From the human T2T-CHM13v2.0 reference genome, Homo sapiens, in the NCBI RefSeq assembly GCF_009914755.1, contig NC_060935.1: 64,000 nt of DNA; one strand, 5' to 3'. Below the pieces are notes generated by a model, which was not told where the DNA came from, did not search any database, and saw nothing but the letters and a program-made list of their open reading frames with translations. This document shows positions 1 to 14,837 of this stretch, in pieces. Made by a program: the position numbers and the translations under genes. The stretch's first letter is position 1, and each line of letters starts with the position of its first letter.

Positions 1-389
1 AAAACAGGTTTAGATTAACTGCTGGGCACTTCCTGGTTCCAAACATTAAATTAAAATGGAGATTTTTGGGTTTCATGGAAATCTCTGAGATAAAAAGCAG
101 AAGACTCTGTGAGAACCACGCTCACAGTTTTCAGGCATCACCCCAGCACTATATTCTGTGAAGATGTTCTTGGGAAAGGTTCAAGAGAAGTCAAATCTGT
201 GTAACTTGCTGTATGCTGTGGTCACAGTGGATAAACCTCACCTGCAGTGAAGAGGATGTGGGCAAAGATTATGCTCAGTGATGACTTTAGAAGCTTGGGC
301 AATATGTAAAAAACACTTACAAGACATTAAACTGATGGGATTTTCATTATTCTTCCCTACCAATCATTCTCTAGTGACCTTTCCACCAC

Positions 390-1158
390 TGTGACAGTAT
401 TGGAGGCACCCATGAGGATCTCCCTCTGAGAAAGAACTTGCTGTTCAGCTGCAAGGAGTGCAGTTAGTTTGCAGCCCCAAGCTGTTTGCACCTTAGCATT
501 GTCTCATCTTTGAAGCTCAGGCCATCCTCTTCTTGGGCAGCCCCCAGAGAAGGGCTGAGCACAGAGGGGTTGCTATGGCTTGGCCATTTCTTTCAACATG
601 GGGCTCCTCAAATGAGCAATATTTGTTTTCGAAATGCCCATGAAGTGAGCCAAAACTTTGTCAGGTCTGCACTGAGCTCTGAGGCTCATGCAGTCCAATC
701 CTGTTTCCTCCCCATTTTGTCTTCATTTCCCAATGCAATTGATTCAATGATTGTGTCCCCTAAAATTCATATGTGGAAATCCTAACCTCCAAGGTGATGG
801 TATGAGCAGGTGGGGACTTTGGGTGACAATTAGGTCATGAGTGTACAGCCCTCGTGAATGGGATCAGTGCCTTTATAAAAAAGAACCCCAGAGAGCTCTC
901 TCACTCTTTCCACCATGGGAGGATACAATGAGAAGTTGGAATCTGCAACCCAGAAGAGGGCCCTGACCATAACCCAACCATGTTGGCACCCTGATCTTAG
1001 ACTTCCACCTCCAGAACTGTGAAAAATAAACTTCTGTTGTTTCAGCCACCCAGTCTGTGATACTTTGTTACAGCAGCCAGAACTAACACACCCAAGAAAC
1101 CTCTTGCTTTCCTAATTCTGCCTTCTTGGCCACTTCCCTGAGAGCACATCTGACACAC
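390..1158 (+). mobile_element. Old ERVL LTR (LTR16-like), split by an MLT1A insertion
   Basis: Starts TG, resembles LTR16 by eye, and resumes after the MLT1A with the LTR 3' end (...gaaacctcttgc...tctgacaca). Subfamily uncertain. Confidence 0.5.
734..1090 (+). mobile_element. MLT1A/MLT1A0 solo LTR (ERVL-MaLR)
   Basis: tgtgtcccctaaaattcatatg...gacttccacctccagaactgtgaaaaataaa...aca, flanked by the 5-bp TSD CCCAA (729-733 and 1091-1095). Confidence 0.85.
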
Positions 1159-2413
1159 TATCATGGCTTCAAGGAAGCAGGCAGAATGGGTGCCATTTTA
1201 ACAAAAGAAAATAAATTTTATGGGGAAAGTTCTTACCAGAAAGGAAGGGGACAAAAGGTTAAGTTCAGTCCTTCCTGCCCAAGAGAGATTGTGAATGAGA
1301 AAGAAATAGAGGCAGAGTGTGACCTTCAAATATTAGGGTCTTGCCTCCACTCTTCCTTGGGGTCAAGCCTTGTTGGGGGCGGGCTATAGAAGCATTTAGA
1401 AAGGTATTAGGAACCTAAGAACATTGGGCAAGTGACATACTTTCCCACACATGGCCTGGAGGAGGCTGAAAGCACCTAGGAGAAGCCTCGTATTTGTCTT
1501 GGCACCATGTCTAACATGGCTTGAATGAGATAGTGCAGCATTAGCAGACAGAGGAACCTTCATAGACAGCAATGTGATGTTTCCCTATGTTTCTACAGGC
1601 CCCGGTAAAGGTCAGGGAAATTCAAGGGAGACTGCTGAAAATGTAGAGGCCTGAGGTTGGGAAGTGGAAGCCACTGAGATCAAGGACTTTGATTTCTAGG
1701 GACAATGACATTGTCAGTGTTCCACAGCTATGAATGCCATTGCATGCCAATGGAGGGCCTAAACCAGGATCACCTCAGGGGAACTAGCATAGGACCTGAT
1801 TCCCACATGCATAGTCACATGGTAATGCCACTCCCACCAACCACAGAAACAGGTGCTAACGTTGGGGAACTTAAGGATGCTGGAAGAGACCAAGAGTCCC
1901 TGATTGTGTAAGTCTGGTCTTTTCCTCGTTTCTCCACAGGGTTAAGGGCGCACAGGGAAGATTTGATCAGTTACAGAAAACAAAGAAGCTGCATATTTTT
2001 GCACAGCTGAGAGTGTGTAAATCAATTAGTGACCCCACTGCATTTGAATAAAACAGCTTACATTTTGAATTTTAGTCCAAGCTATACAGTTAAGAGGGTC
2101 AAACTTAGGGTCTCTTAAGTCACATCTGAATAACAGCCACCTGAAGGGAACCTCCATGGGCAGACAAACTTATAGTCTCTCTGTGTGGTGAACGTTTGGC
2201 CTTTCTCTAGACCACATTTTCCAAGCAGTGGGAAATGAACTGCTGGTGATAACCAAGATGATTTTAGGGGGTGTGTGGACACCATTAATTAACACTGAAT
2301 ACGCCCAAAGTATTTCCAGTTTCTATAAGTCCTGATGACATAAGAGAAAGTTTTTGTGGCACTCTGGTCTTCAACCTCTCTAAAACCTTCCAATTCCTGT
2401 CCTTCTCCTAGCA

Positions 2414-2724
2414 TTTTGTTTTTCGGAGACAGGGTCTAGCTCTGTCACCCAGGTTGGAGTGTGGTGGCACCATCAGGGCTCACAGCAGCCTCAACTTCCC
2501 AGGCTCAAGTGATCCTCCCACCTCAGCCCCCTGAGTAGCTGGGACTACAGGCATGTGCCACCATGCCCAGCTAATTTTTTTTTGAATTTTAGTAGAGATG
2601 AGGTGTTACTATGTTGCCCAAGCTGGTCTCAAACTCCTGAGCTTAAGCGATCCTCCCACCTTGGCCTCCCAAAGAGTCAAGGAGTGATTAAAGGTGTGAG
2701 CTACAGTGAGCCACCGTGCCCAGC
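2414..2724 (-). mobile_element. Alu (AluJ-type)
   Basis: Reverse-complement Alu dimer: gagacagggtc...caggctcaagtgatcctccc...gagccaccgtgcccagc. Confidence 0.92.
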
Positions 2725-2779
2725 TCCAATTCCCCTTTTTGACAGTGAGATCAGACTTCAGAGATTCAGTAGCACCCCC

Positions 2780-3850
2780 CATCCCAATGCTGCCTCTATT
2801 CTCCATGCAGCAGCCAAAGTGACCCTCAAAGAGACGTCAAATCGTGTCCATTCTTCACTTAAGAAACTCCCATGGCTCCTCATTTAACTCAGAGGAAAAG
2901 CCCAGTGGCCCTCACGGCCCTCCCTGACCTGGCACTTCACACTCCAGCCTCCCCGCTTCCCACCCCCTCACTTACTGCTTCAGCCTCAGTGGACTCTTGA
3001 TTGGTCTCAGAATGTTCTTTCCCCAGACACCATGACAGCTCACATCCTCTTCTGTCAAGACTTAACCCAGATGCCACCTTCAATGTGGGGGCTCCCCAGG
3101 TTATCCTGTCTTGGATTGCAAACCCTCTTCCACTCTATCTCTTGCTCTGCTTCATGTATATGTGTGTGGGCATAATATCGTTTACTTACTTGTATTTTTG
3201 TTGTTTAAATAAATGTGTGACTTTTCGTATGTTTATTGCGGCACTATTCACAATAGCAAAGACTTGGAACCAACCCAAATGTCCATCAATGATAGACTGG
3301 ATTAAGAAAATGTGGCACATATACACCATGGAATACTATGCAGCCATAAAAAGGATTAGTTCATGTCCTTTGTAGGGACATGGATGAAGCTGGAAACCAT
3401 CATTCTCAGCAAACTATCACAAGGACAAAAATCCAAACACTGCATGTTCTCACTCATAGGTGGGAGTTGAACAATGAGAACACTTGGACACAGGAAGGGG
3501 AACATCACACACCGGGGCCTGTTGTGGGGTGCGGGGCGGAGGGAGGGATAGCATTAGGAGATATACCTAATGTAAATGACGAGTTAATGGGTGCAGCACA
3601 CCAACATGGCACATGTATACATATGTAACAAACCTGCACATTGTGCACATGTACCCTAGAACTTAAAGTATAATAATAAAAAATAAACAAATAAATAAAT
3701 GTGTGACTTTTATTGCCTGCCTCTGCCACTAGAATGGAGGCTCCATGAGGTCAGGAGCCTGTTGTCTTCATTGCTGTCCCCTCAATCTTTAAAGCAGAGC
3801 TCGGTACTTAGTGGTTACTCACATCATATTGACTAATTAAACAAATGAAT
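2780..3850 (+). mobile_element. L2 3' region, interrupted by an L1PA
   Basis: L2-like motifs (ctccatgcagcagcc..., ccactagaatggaggctccatgagg..., aatgaatg end) on both sides of the L1 insertion. Confidence 0.6.
3226..3692 (+). mobile_element. 5'-truncated L1PA (about L1PA4-5) 3' end
   Basis: ORF2 C-terminus (MFIAALFTIAKTWNQPKCPS), 3'UTR and A-rich tail; perfect 19-bp TSD aaataaatgtgtgactttt at 3207-3225 and 3693-3711. Confidence 0.95.
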
Positions 3851-3912
3851 GTTCCCAGCTCCCACCAGCCCCTCCTACCTGTTATGGTCAATATCATGTC
3901 TTCTCTCCCTCA

Positions 3913-4632
<720 letters not shown>

Positions 4633-6650
4633 TTAGGTCTGATTGAATGATTGACACACCACAAGCAGAAATCTAGAACTCCAGAACGGGTCTGGTGGAA
4701 GGAGCCAACTCTGTTTGCAGTTTCCTCTTCTCACCACAGCACAGTGTCGGGTTACCACGGAGATAGGGAGGAACCTTCTGAGACCTCTCCAATGGTGGGT
4801 GGCAGCCACAGTCAGCCAGGGAGGACTACACCCAATCCTTGGCTCCGCCCCTCCTCCCACACCCCAAAAGAAGCCACACAGCTAGCCAGAGAGGGGCTGC
4901 CTCTGGAATGCACACCAGGGCTTGTCCACACACACTCCCCGGCCCTCTGCGCCTCTTTAGGGAGGTTCCTGCTGCTGGATCTGCTGCCTTCTTCACCTTG
5001 AGAGTGCATTTATGTAACAAGAAAACACCTGGGTGTTTTCACAGGTAGGAAGAGATTGGCGGCTGAGCTGTTCTGCTCTCATTTGGATGCAAGGCTGTGA
5101 GATGGGGCCTCTGTTGGCCTAGAGGTCCCGAGAAATTGGGAGGAGAGGTGCCAGTAGCAAGCCCCAAGGTCGGGGTTCCTCCTCTAACCTCTCTGTGGGG
5201 TGGAGGCATCCACACCAAACCTTAAGAGGGAGCAATGGGTCTAACTGCTAATTCTGAAGGTGAGCAGGCCCGTTTCCACATGCCAATGTCAAAATCCAAC
5301 CACAGTTTGACAAGCCTTTGGGAACATCCAGTAATTACATAATAGCACTCCCAAACATGACAAGTGCTTTCATCTTTACAAAGACTGTCGTGTTTGTTCT
5401 CACTCTCCTCCCCATATGAGTTGCTTCTCTTTCTTTCCCCTATTTTGCAGATAAGAAGGTGGAGGCTCAGGAAGGTAGAGTGACTTTCTACTACTAAAGA
5501 ACTAGCAGGAAAGTATTTCAAATTCAAGTCTCATGACCCTAAATGCAGGGTATTTCCCAGTGGCTCATGGTAAATGAGTTCCTTAAAAATGAGCCACGCT
5601 GAGGCCTGAAACTACAGGGCTTACTGATGTGGCTGCAAGCTGCAGCTCTAAGCCAGAAAGGGGACAAGCTAAGGAGAAGAGGAACCACCTTTGCACTGGC
5701 GGACTTCAGCGTGTCTCACGCATGCCGAATGTTTACATGTGTTCCCCACTTGGTATCCATAGCAACTGGCAGAGGTGCAAAAATGCTTCATTGGTATTTG
5801 TAAGAGGATGAGAAGAAAGCCCTCCAAGATCCTCTTTCTCCCAGTGGGCAGGGCTATTTCCATCCATGGCTTCGTGACTTCTCCCAGCAGCCGTTTGGCA
5901 TGAGGATTTCAAACAGCAGGGAGCCAGTGAGTCCACCGGATAGGTATTTGAAATGTACTGAATGGAAAGCCCTCATCTCCTGCTCCCTCTTCCAGGCAAT
6001 TATTCGTGGAGTCAGGAGAGGATTCTGTTATTCAAGGAGTCTCCATAGTAAGGGGCTGAGAGATTGTGGTTTCTAGTCTTTAACCACAACATTTAAGGCG
6101 TGGCTCCATTTTTCTTATAATTTCCAAGTGTACATCATTACCTAATTCTCCCTGAAGAATCGAAATTGCTTTATGATGCATATGTATTAGTGATGTGAGC
6201 TGAGGTTCTGAGCCAGCAAACATCTTTCTCAGAAACCTCCCTCTTGTTCTCCTCTCCCATGTTGCCCCTTGAAGTTACTCCTTCTACCAGAGATGCTCAA
6301 AGGTTCTTGGTCAGAAAGTCTATATTGCAGCAATTAAAACTGGGGTTCAACTCAACATATGTGTAGCAGAATATTTTATCTCTCAGCATCTCAATTTGTG
6401 ACTTAAATGATTCATGAGATGTTTGTTAGTGCATTATGGTCAAAAGCACCTTTCTAAGTGCTTTGAGAGAAACAAGAATAAAAGCATTCCTAACCACACC
6501 CTGCCCCCTGCAATCCCACCAAGGATCTTACAAAACCCATTTGGCTAAGCTCTTATATAGCATTGAACCAATCATTGCACACTCAGCATGTGACCAACAC
6601 ATATATTGAAGCCCACGTGAAAAACTGAGCACCTATTCAAGTTTCCCAGG

Positions 6651-7282
6651 CAGGGCTAGATTCATGGGCAGGTAACCAGTGCAGTTGCACAGGGACCTCT
6701 GCTCAGAAGGCCTTGCTTGGGGTTTAATGCACAATTCTTAATTTATCTTTCAATGTGTATTTTGTAAGAGGAGTCTCATGGGACAAAGGAGCTCACTCGT
6801 GGTCCTGCCTCCTACCCACCCTCTGTTTGGGCCCTTAGTGTCCCAGGCTCCACTCTACCTACTCCCCACCCTCTGCTCCACAACACTTGCTACCCTTCCC
6901 TCAGGGTGACTACTAGGTCAGGTTGGCAGACAGGGAGGCAACATTCTGCCCACACCCTCTGCAGGGGCCTGGGAGCAGTTGTGGGGAGAGGCTCTGCTGG
7001 GTATGCACACCATGGCATCCTGGGAAAGAGCATGGCGGTGTTGTCCCTACCCTGGGCTGACAGCACGGTGGTATATTTGGAAGGCAACTGGATGGGGCCT
7101 TCTCACCCACTCCTATCCAGGTTACAGGTGTGTCCTGGTGTGGAGGTTGCAATCCCTTGGTAGGGGCACTGTAGATAGACTGAGGAGAGACAGGCTGTGG
7201 GAAGGAGAAACTAACTTATCTGCCATGGCTAGGCCTCATTTTCACTTTGCACTTAGGTCCCACCATTATGTAGCCAGCTCTG
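6651..7282. mobile_element. MER45-family hAT-Tip100 DNA transposon
   Basis: Ends cagggctagattcatgggc...gcagttgcacaggg and cattttcactttgcacttaggtccc...ttatgtagccagctctg match remembered MER45 termini and form imperfect TIRs. Confidence 0.7.
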
Positions 7283-8677
7283 GTCCTGGACCAAATGGCC
7301 TCTAGTGACTCCCTCTTTCCAATCTAAGCAGGTCTTGCACAACTGTCATGAATGAAGCCAATTCTGATTTCCTATCAGTTCAATTTTTTAAAAATTGCAT
7401 TCTGTTCCTCAGAATCCATTCCAACCATAAAAACATGAAAAATTGATTTTGATCTCAGTATAACATCACCTCATAAATATATTTTATATAATCACGATCT
7501 TTAGAACTTGCTCTCTGTATAAAATGGGTTTCACACCTCAGCTCTTAAAGGCACTTGTTTATTATGGAAAATCAAGCATAATGTAAAATTTACATCTTAA
7601 GTGTGGCTTATGAGAGATTTTCCTGCAGAGACAGGACTGACTGAAGCTTTGTTCTTTAAACTTGGGCAAACATTTTACATGTTGAAAAGTATCATTTTGA
7701 TGATGATTTCTTTTCAACACTTTTCCAGCTTTCGAAGGAAGAATTACAAATAACAAGGCATGACACTTCCCCCAAAGGTATATTTTTAGCAATTTAATAC
7801 CTGGTAAATTTTTCTTTCTTTTTGCTCAACAGCTAGGCGACTGCATAGGAGGTTGGCCCAAGCCAACACACATTCATTGGACATCTGCCATGATGTGAGC
7901 CAAACCCTGGGCCCCAGGAAGTGTGGAAAATATACAGATAAATTAGAAGGTCCCTGCCCTTAAAAAGCATCTAAGACCCTTAGTTGCTGAATAGACATAA
8001 ATCTGTAGCTGCTGAAGGAGATGGCCAAGAGCTAGAAGGAGGCTGGCAGGCACTGCTTAGTGCCTTACTCCTCTCTGAGCACCATATTGTCAGCAGAAGA
8101 GGCCGCTTGGCCCAGGCTGACTGTGGACAGGTCTTGATAACTTGAGGTCCACTGGGAGTTGCTGTCTGCAGCCTGACACATAGAACGCCTTGCTTTTTGT
8201 TCTCTGTCTGTTATAGAAGTTGCTTTTGGAAAAGCACCATTTCTTGGGTCAGCATGAAGATTACCCTTGTGGTAGATGCTGGAAATATTAACTATTATTA
8301 ACAAATATTACTTAGGGCTTGCTATAGGTGAGGCACCGTACTGGATTCCAAGCCTCTGGTCCCTGCTCTCAGGGCATCATGGTAAGTTGGAAAAGATATG
8401 TAAGCAAATGACTAAAGTGTGTATGGAACTTGGCACTGGGGAAGTGACAGTCAAAAGTCAGTTAAATCTCAGCTGTGACTTCAGCTGGCATAGTGACTTT
8501 GATCAATGCCTGCAAATTCTCTGGGCTCTGGTTTCTTTATTTGTAAAATGGATGTGTGGCTGAGGAGAAAGAACTTGTCTATCTGGTCTCCAAGTTGACT
8601 TTTCTGTTAAAATTCCCTGACTCTTTGAGCCTCCTAGAAATAATCAGCCCCCCATAGGCAAGCTTCCCTTTGACCTG

Positions 8678-9274
<597 letters not shown>

Positions 9275-10330
9275 ACTAGGTTTATTCATTTCTACCTTAG
9301 AATCTTTGGTCCAGTCTGACCCAAGATGGTAAATAGTTTTCATTTCAGTTGCTAAATCTTATCAATTAAAGTCATTACCTGGAGTGTTGTGTGAAGACAT
9401 GTGAGTTGACATCTTTTTCCCTTTAGTGGGAAAGGCAACCGGAATTGGTTCAGCCCACCTGAGAAACAGGAGATTTAAAAAATCCTACTGTCTATCTTTG
9501 AACCAAGGACCCCACCCAAAAGGGAGAAACCTACAAAGAACTACTTTTTTTGGAGCTCTCCAATTGAAATGGTTCCCAAAAGGTGATTGCCAATTTGCAA
9601 TCTTGCTACAGACAATCACACTAGCAGGGCCATCAAGCCCATCCCATGAGAATGATCAAATCTCCAATAAGACTCAGCTGTTCCATGGGGGAGTGAGGGG
9701 AATGAAGCATTCAGAAAGATAAAATCATCTGGGTTTTCTGAATGTTTTCCCTGCTGAGGTTGAGGCTGAGAACTTGCATTGGCTGAAGACTTGCAGCTGG
9801 AACCAGATAGGAAGTAAGCTTCTGGAAGCACTAAAATGAATTGTCACTCCCACTCTCGATACCCACAGCTTCAAAACCACCAGATGCTGACAGCTGCTGT
9901 GGAAATCTAAGCAAGTGGAGGGATATCCAGATTGAGCTGGCCAAGTTTGGTACAAGAGCTAAGAGTCTGGGAACAATGGGAGGTCAGCTTTCTGTGTCAC
10001 TGTGGATACAAAGGAAGTACTTTTGAGACACAGACAGGAAGTGACTGAGGACTTTAAGGGCAGCTTGGGCTATCCAGGAAAGTTCTTCATTCTTGTTTTT
10101 TTCTGCTGAGGCTCTAGAGGGACACCTGTCAGACTGACCAAGGCCGAAGATGGCTCCCTACCAGAGAGATTCAACTGAGGGCTTGCGATAGGTCTTGTGA
10201 CATTGCTATTGATCTTGAGACATTCATCTGAAGCATGATTGTCACTGGCTTCAAACTTTCCCCATCATAAGAGAGGGACTGGGTCTACTTCAAATGTTTC
10301 GCACTAATGAAGTTAACATTCCCTTTCATG

Positions 10331-10760
10331 GTGAGGTAAGTTGATTGCATTAACAGCCCCAGTTTTTCATTCTCCCCTGAGGCCACCCATTTGGTAGTAC
10401 CCTCCCACACTGATTCTTGGTTTAGTCATGTAACTTGCTTTAACCTCCAACAGAAGCTTGAAAAACACTTGTTCATTTCTGCTTGCCCTCCTTAAGCTCT
10501 GCCCTCATCATGAGACCATGCCCAGGCTAGTCTGCTGGAAGGAAGTCAGAGGCACACGGAAGAGAGCCACATTCAGCCAAGGCCATTCTAGACCAGTTGT
10601 TCCCTGTCACTTCACTAATTGGCCACAGCGCAAGGTAAGTACAGCCAAGATCAGCAGAATCACCCAGCTTACCTGTTGAATTATGAGAAATAAGGAATGG
10701 TTGTTGTTTTAAGTCACTAAATTTTGCAGTGGTTTGTTACTTAGCAATAACTAGTAAAAA
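10331..10760 (+). mobile_element. MLT1G/H-like LTR
   Basis: catgtaacttgcttt...cagccaagatcagcagaatcaccca...ttgttttaagtcactaaattttgcagtggtttgttac pattern. Confidence 0.7.
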
Positions 10761-11154
10761 TGGTCTTCTTCATGTAAGGGTAAAGAGGGAGGGTTCATAG
10801 ATTGGGCTTAAACTGTGTTCACTGTTGACATTCAATCTGACTAGGAAGCTCTGAGAAACTGACTGGGCAGGTCTGTTAGAAGGCTATTTGCATGTGATGC
10901 CTCCAGGAAGAGAACGTCCTAAGGCAAGAACAAGTCAAGGAGAGAAGGCTGGCCAGGGAACAAAGACTTAGTCATAGAGAGGCTGAGAAAATCCACCCCG
11001 GTGTCTGTCATTCTAATGGGTCCTCTGGCTTAGGCTCAATAGATTATTGTCTGACTCTTACAGTTGAAGGTAGAGGCAAGGTGTAGGTAGAAAGGATTAT
11101 TTCAGTAACAGCTCCATAGGACGCCGAGACACAAGCTCCACAGCATTAAGATTA

Positions 11155-11532
<378 letters not shown>

Positions 11533-12699
11533 TCAGCACCCAGATGATTTCAGCATCTTAGTCAAAGGCCAATGCCCAGGAGGAGAAGATGGTGCCCAGC
11601 AGAAAGAGACTTAGTAACATCTGTCTAAATAGCTACATTAATTTATTATTTCATTCATTTATGCATTCAACAAACATTGAGGGCTATCCCAATTACTTTT
11701 TGTAAGGTTATGATGAACGGGGATCAAATGTTTTCGTAAGGTAGGATTCCTATCCATAAGAAGCCCAAGGACTGGTTCACATTAAAATATACTTTTTCTC
11801 TTGCGTTCTCTTGATTGATTGGTAATGACTGCTTACAGCACTCCAGGAACATTTGAGAGCCACATCCTGGTGCAGAGAAGTGCTGTGATTGATTAGCAAT
11901 GTATGCTTTGGCCACATATTTGTAACCCTGAAGGTCTGGATTTCTGTCTGGCTCCATAAATAGCATGTAGTTTGAGACCTATGAACTAGGCCATTTGCAT
12001 GTCTTATATGAAAAATCCCTCTCCCACTTCCTCTTCTGAGGCTGAGGGACAAAGAGATGAACTGATCTCAAGAGAGGAGGTTCCAAGTTGTCACTCTTCT
12101 TTTTTGACAAACAAAAGAGAATGATATTTTCTCTGTATCTACTTCAACTCCTCCCGTGTAAGTCAGAAAGATAATCCTTAGGACGGGGTTGGGGGGGGGT
12201 GGGGTGTGGAGAATAAAAATCCATGTACAATGACAAAAAGTACTCCGCCTTCCACCTACAGAGTGATAAAGGGTTTGAGGATGTGAGACCATAACCCAGC
12301 CTTGAAAGTAAGCATGAAATAGTACGAGCCCATGTTGACTTGGTGCTGTATGGACAATGAAATAAAATCCAACCAGCCAGGTTTGTCTGGTATGAATGTG
12401 GTTAATCTGTTGACAGCTTGGGAGCCTACAGGAACTATAGAGTGATGGGCAGAGCTCTCAAAGCACATTTGATAGTATTGTGGCTGACTCTTCAGTAGTC
12501 TCGCTGATAAGTTCCACTTGGATTTAGATGCTTACTACTCAGACAATTGTGGGGAGACAAAAGATTTTCAATTCACTCTACTACTCTGTTCTAGAAGGTC
12601 TATTTGTTTTGTGAGCCAATGAGAACTCAAAAGGCTGAGAACTTAATCTAATATAGCTTTTGTCATCTGCAAGACCTGTTCTCAAATCTCTGCTCTGTC

Positions 12700-12870
12700 A
12701 TTCTTTACTCGTGTGACTCTGGGCAAATGCCATAAGCCTCAGGGTCTTCATCTGAAACACTCAGGGATAATAATAATGCTTGTCTCCAGGTTTTGTTGAA
12801 GATTGAATGAGTGTGTAAAGTGCCCAACAGAAAGTCTGGCACATGGTAAGTACTCAATGAATGGTCGACA
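12700..12870 (+). mobile_element. MIR
   Basis: tgtgactctgggcaaat...cctcagggtcttcatctg...gtaaagtgcccaacagaaagtctggcacatggtaagtactcaat. Confidence 0.7.
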
Positions 12871-13749
12871 TAATCATTAACATTAGAGTTTTGGACACTC
12901 GAATCATCACTCACCTCATCTCCTTTCCACCTTCTCTTTTCTACTCACAAAAAGGCTTTGTGCTGTGGTCTGAATGTTTATGACCCCCAAAATTCATAAG
13001 TCAAAATGCTAACCCCCTAGGTGATGGTAATAGGAAGTGGGGCCTTTTGGAACAGATTATTAGGCCATGCAAGTGGAGCCCTCATCAATAGGATTAGTGT
13101 CCTTATAAAAGAGGCCTCAGAGGCACCTGCCTTTGCTGAGGCTTCAGTAGGTAAACAAAGTGGCCAGGGAAGCTCGAACTGGGCAGAGCCCACCGCAGCT
13201 CAGCAAGGCCGGCTGCCTCTGTAGTCTCCACCTCTGGGGGCAGGGCATAGTCTCCACCTTTGTTCTGCTGAACAAAGGCAGCAGAAACATCTGCAGACTT
13301 AAGCATCCCTGTCTGACAGCTCTGAAGAGAGCAGTGGTTCTCCCAGTATGGTGTTTCAGCTAGGAGAATGGACAGACTGCCTCCTCAAGTGGATCCCTGA
13401 CCCCCGTGTAGCCTAACTGGCAGACACCTCCCAGTAGGGGCCGACTGACACCTCATACAGGCGGGTGCCCCTCTGAGACGAAGCTTCCAGAGGAAGGATC
13501 AGGGAGCAATATTTTCTGTTCTGCAATATTTGCTGTTCTGCAGCCTCCACTGGTGATACCCAGGCAAACAGGATCTGGAGTGGACCTCCAGCAAACTCCA
13601 ACAGACCTGCAGCTGAGGGACCTGACTGTTAGAAGGAAAACTAACAAACAGAAAGGAATAACATCAACATCAACAAAAAGGGCATCCACACCAAAGCCCC
13701 ATCTCTAGGTCACCAACATCAAAGATCAAAGGTAGATAAAACCACAAAG

Positions 13750-14775
13750 ATGGGGAGAAACCAGAGTAGAAAAGCTGAAAATTCTAAAAACCAGAGCGCC
13801 TCTTCTCCTCCAAAGGATCACAGCTCCTCGCCAGTAAGGGAACAAAGCTGGACATAGAATGACTTTGACAAGTTAACAGAAGAAGGCTTCAGAAGGTCGG
13901 TAATAACAAACTTCCCTGAGCTAAAGTAGGATGTTCAAACCCATCGCAAGGAAGCTAAAAACCTTGAAAAAAGATTAGACGAATGGCTAACTAGAATAAC
14001 CAGTGTATAGAAGACCTTAAATGACCTGATGGAGCTGAAAACCATGGCATGAAAACTACATGACGCATGCACAAGCTTCAATGGCCGATTCAATCAGGTG
14101 GAAGAAAGGGTATCAGTGATTGAAGATCAAATTAATGAAATAAAGCAAGAAGACAAGGTTAGAGAAAAAAGAGTAAAAAGAAATGAACAAAGCCTCCAAG
14201 AAACATGGGACTGTGTGAAAAGACCAAACCTACGCTTGATTAGTGTACCTGAAAGTGACGGGGAGAATGGAACCAAGTTGGAAAACACTCTTCAGGATAT
14301 TATCCAGGAGAACTTCCCCAACCTACAAAGGCAGGCCAACATTCAAACTCAGGAAATACTGAGAACACCACAAAGATACTCCTCGAGAAGAGGAACCCCA
14401 AGACACATAATTGTCAGATTTGCCAAGGTTGAAATGAAGGATAAAATGTTAAGGGCAACCAGAGAGAAAAGTCGGGGTACCCACAAAGGGAAGCCCATCA
14501 GACTAACAGCTGATCTCTTGGCAGAAACTCTACAAGCCAGAAGAGAGTGGGGGCCAATATTCAACATTCTTAAAGAAAAAAATTTTCAACCCAGAATTTC
14601 ATATCCAGCCAAACTGAGCTTCATAAGTGAAGGAGAAATAAAATCCTTTACAGACAAGCAAACGCTGAGAGATTTTGTCACCACCAGGCCTGCCTTACAA
14701 GAGCTCCTGAAGGAAGCACTAAACATGGAAAGGAACAACCAGTAACAGCCACTGCAAAAATATGCCAAATTGTAA
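13750..14775 (+). pseudogene. L1 ORF1p, disrupted
   Basis: ATG GGG AGA AAC CAG start with a premature TAG at codon 36 and further stops; the in-frame fragment 14098-14745 has the RRM/CTD sequence (VKRPNLRLI...ARREWGPIF...YPAKLSF). Confidence 0.93.
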
Positions 14776-14837
14776 AGACCATTGATGTTAGGAAGAAACT
14801 GCATCAACTAACGGGCAAAATAACAGCTAACATCATA

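Noticed and set aside
1170-2040. Possible ancient Gypsy-like or other LTR remnant
   Set aside because: The resemblance is too weak to call by eye; needs a Dfam HMM search.
13506-13541. gcaatattt-ctgttct tandem repeat in the L1 5'UTR
   Set aside because: Consistent with the normal older L1PA 5'UTR sequence.
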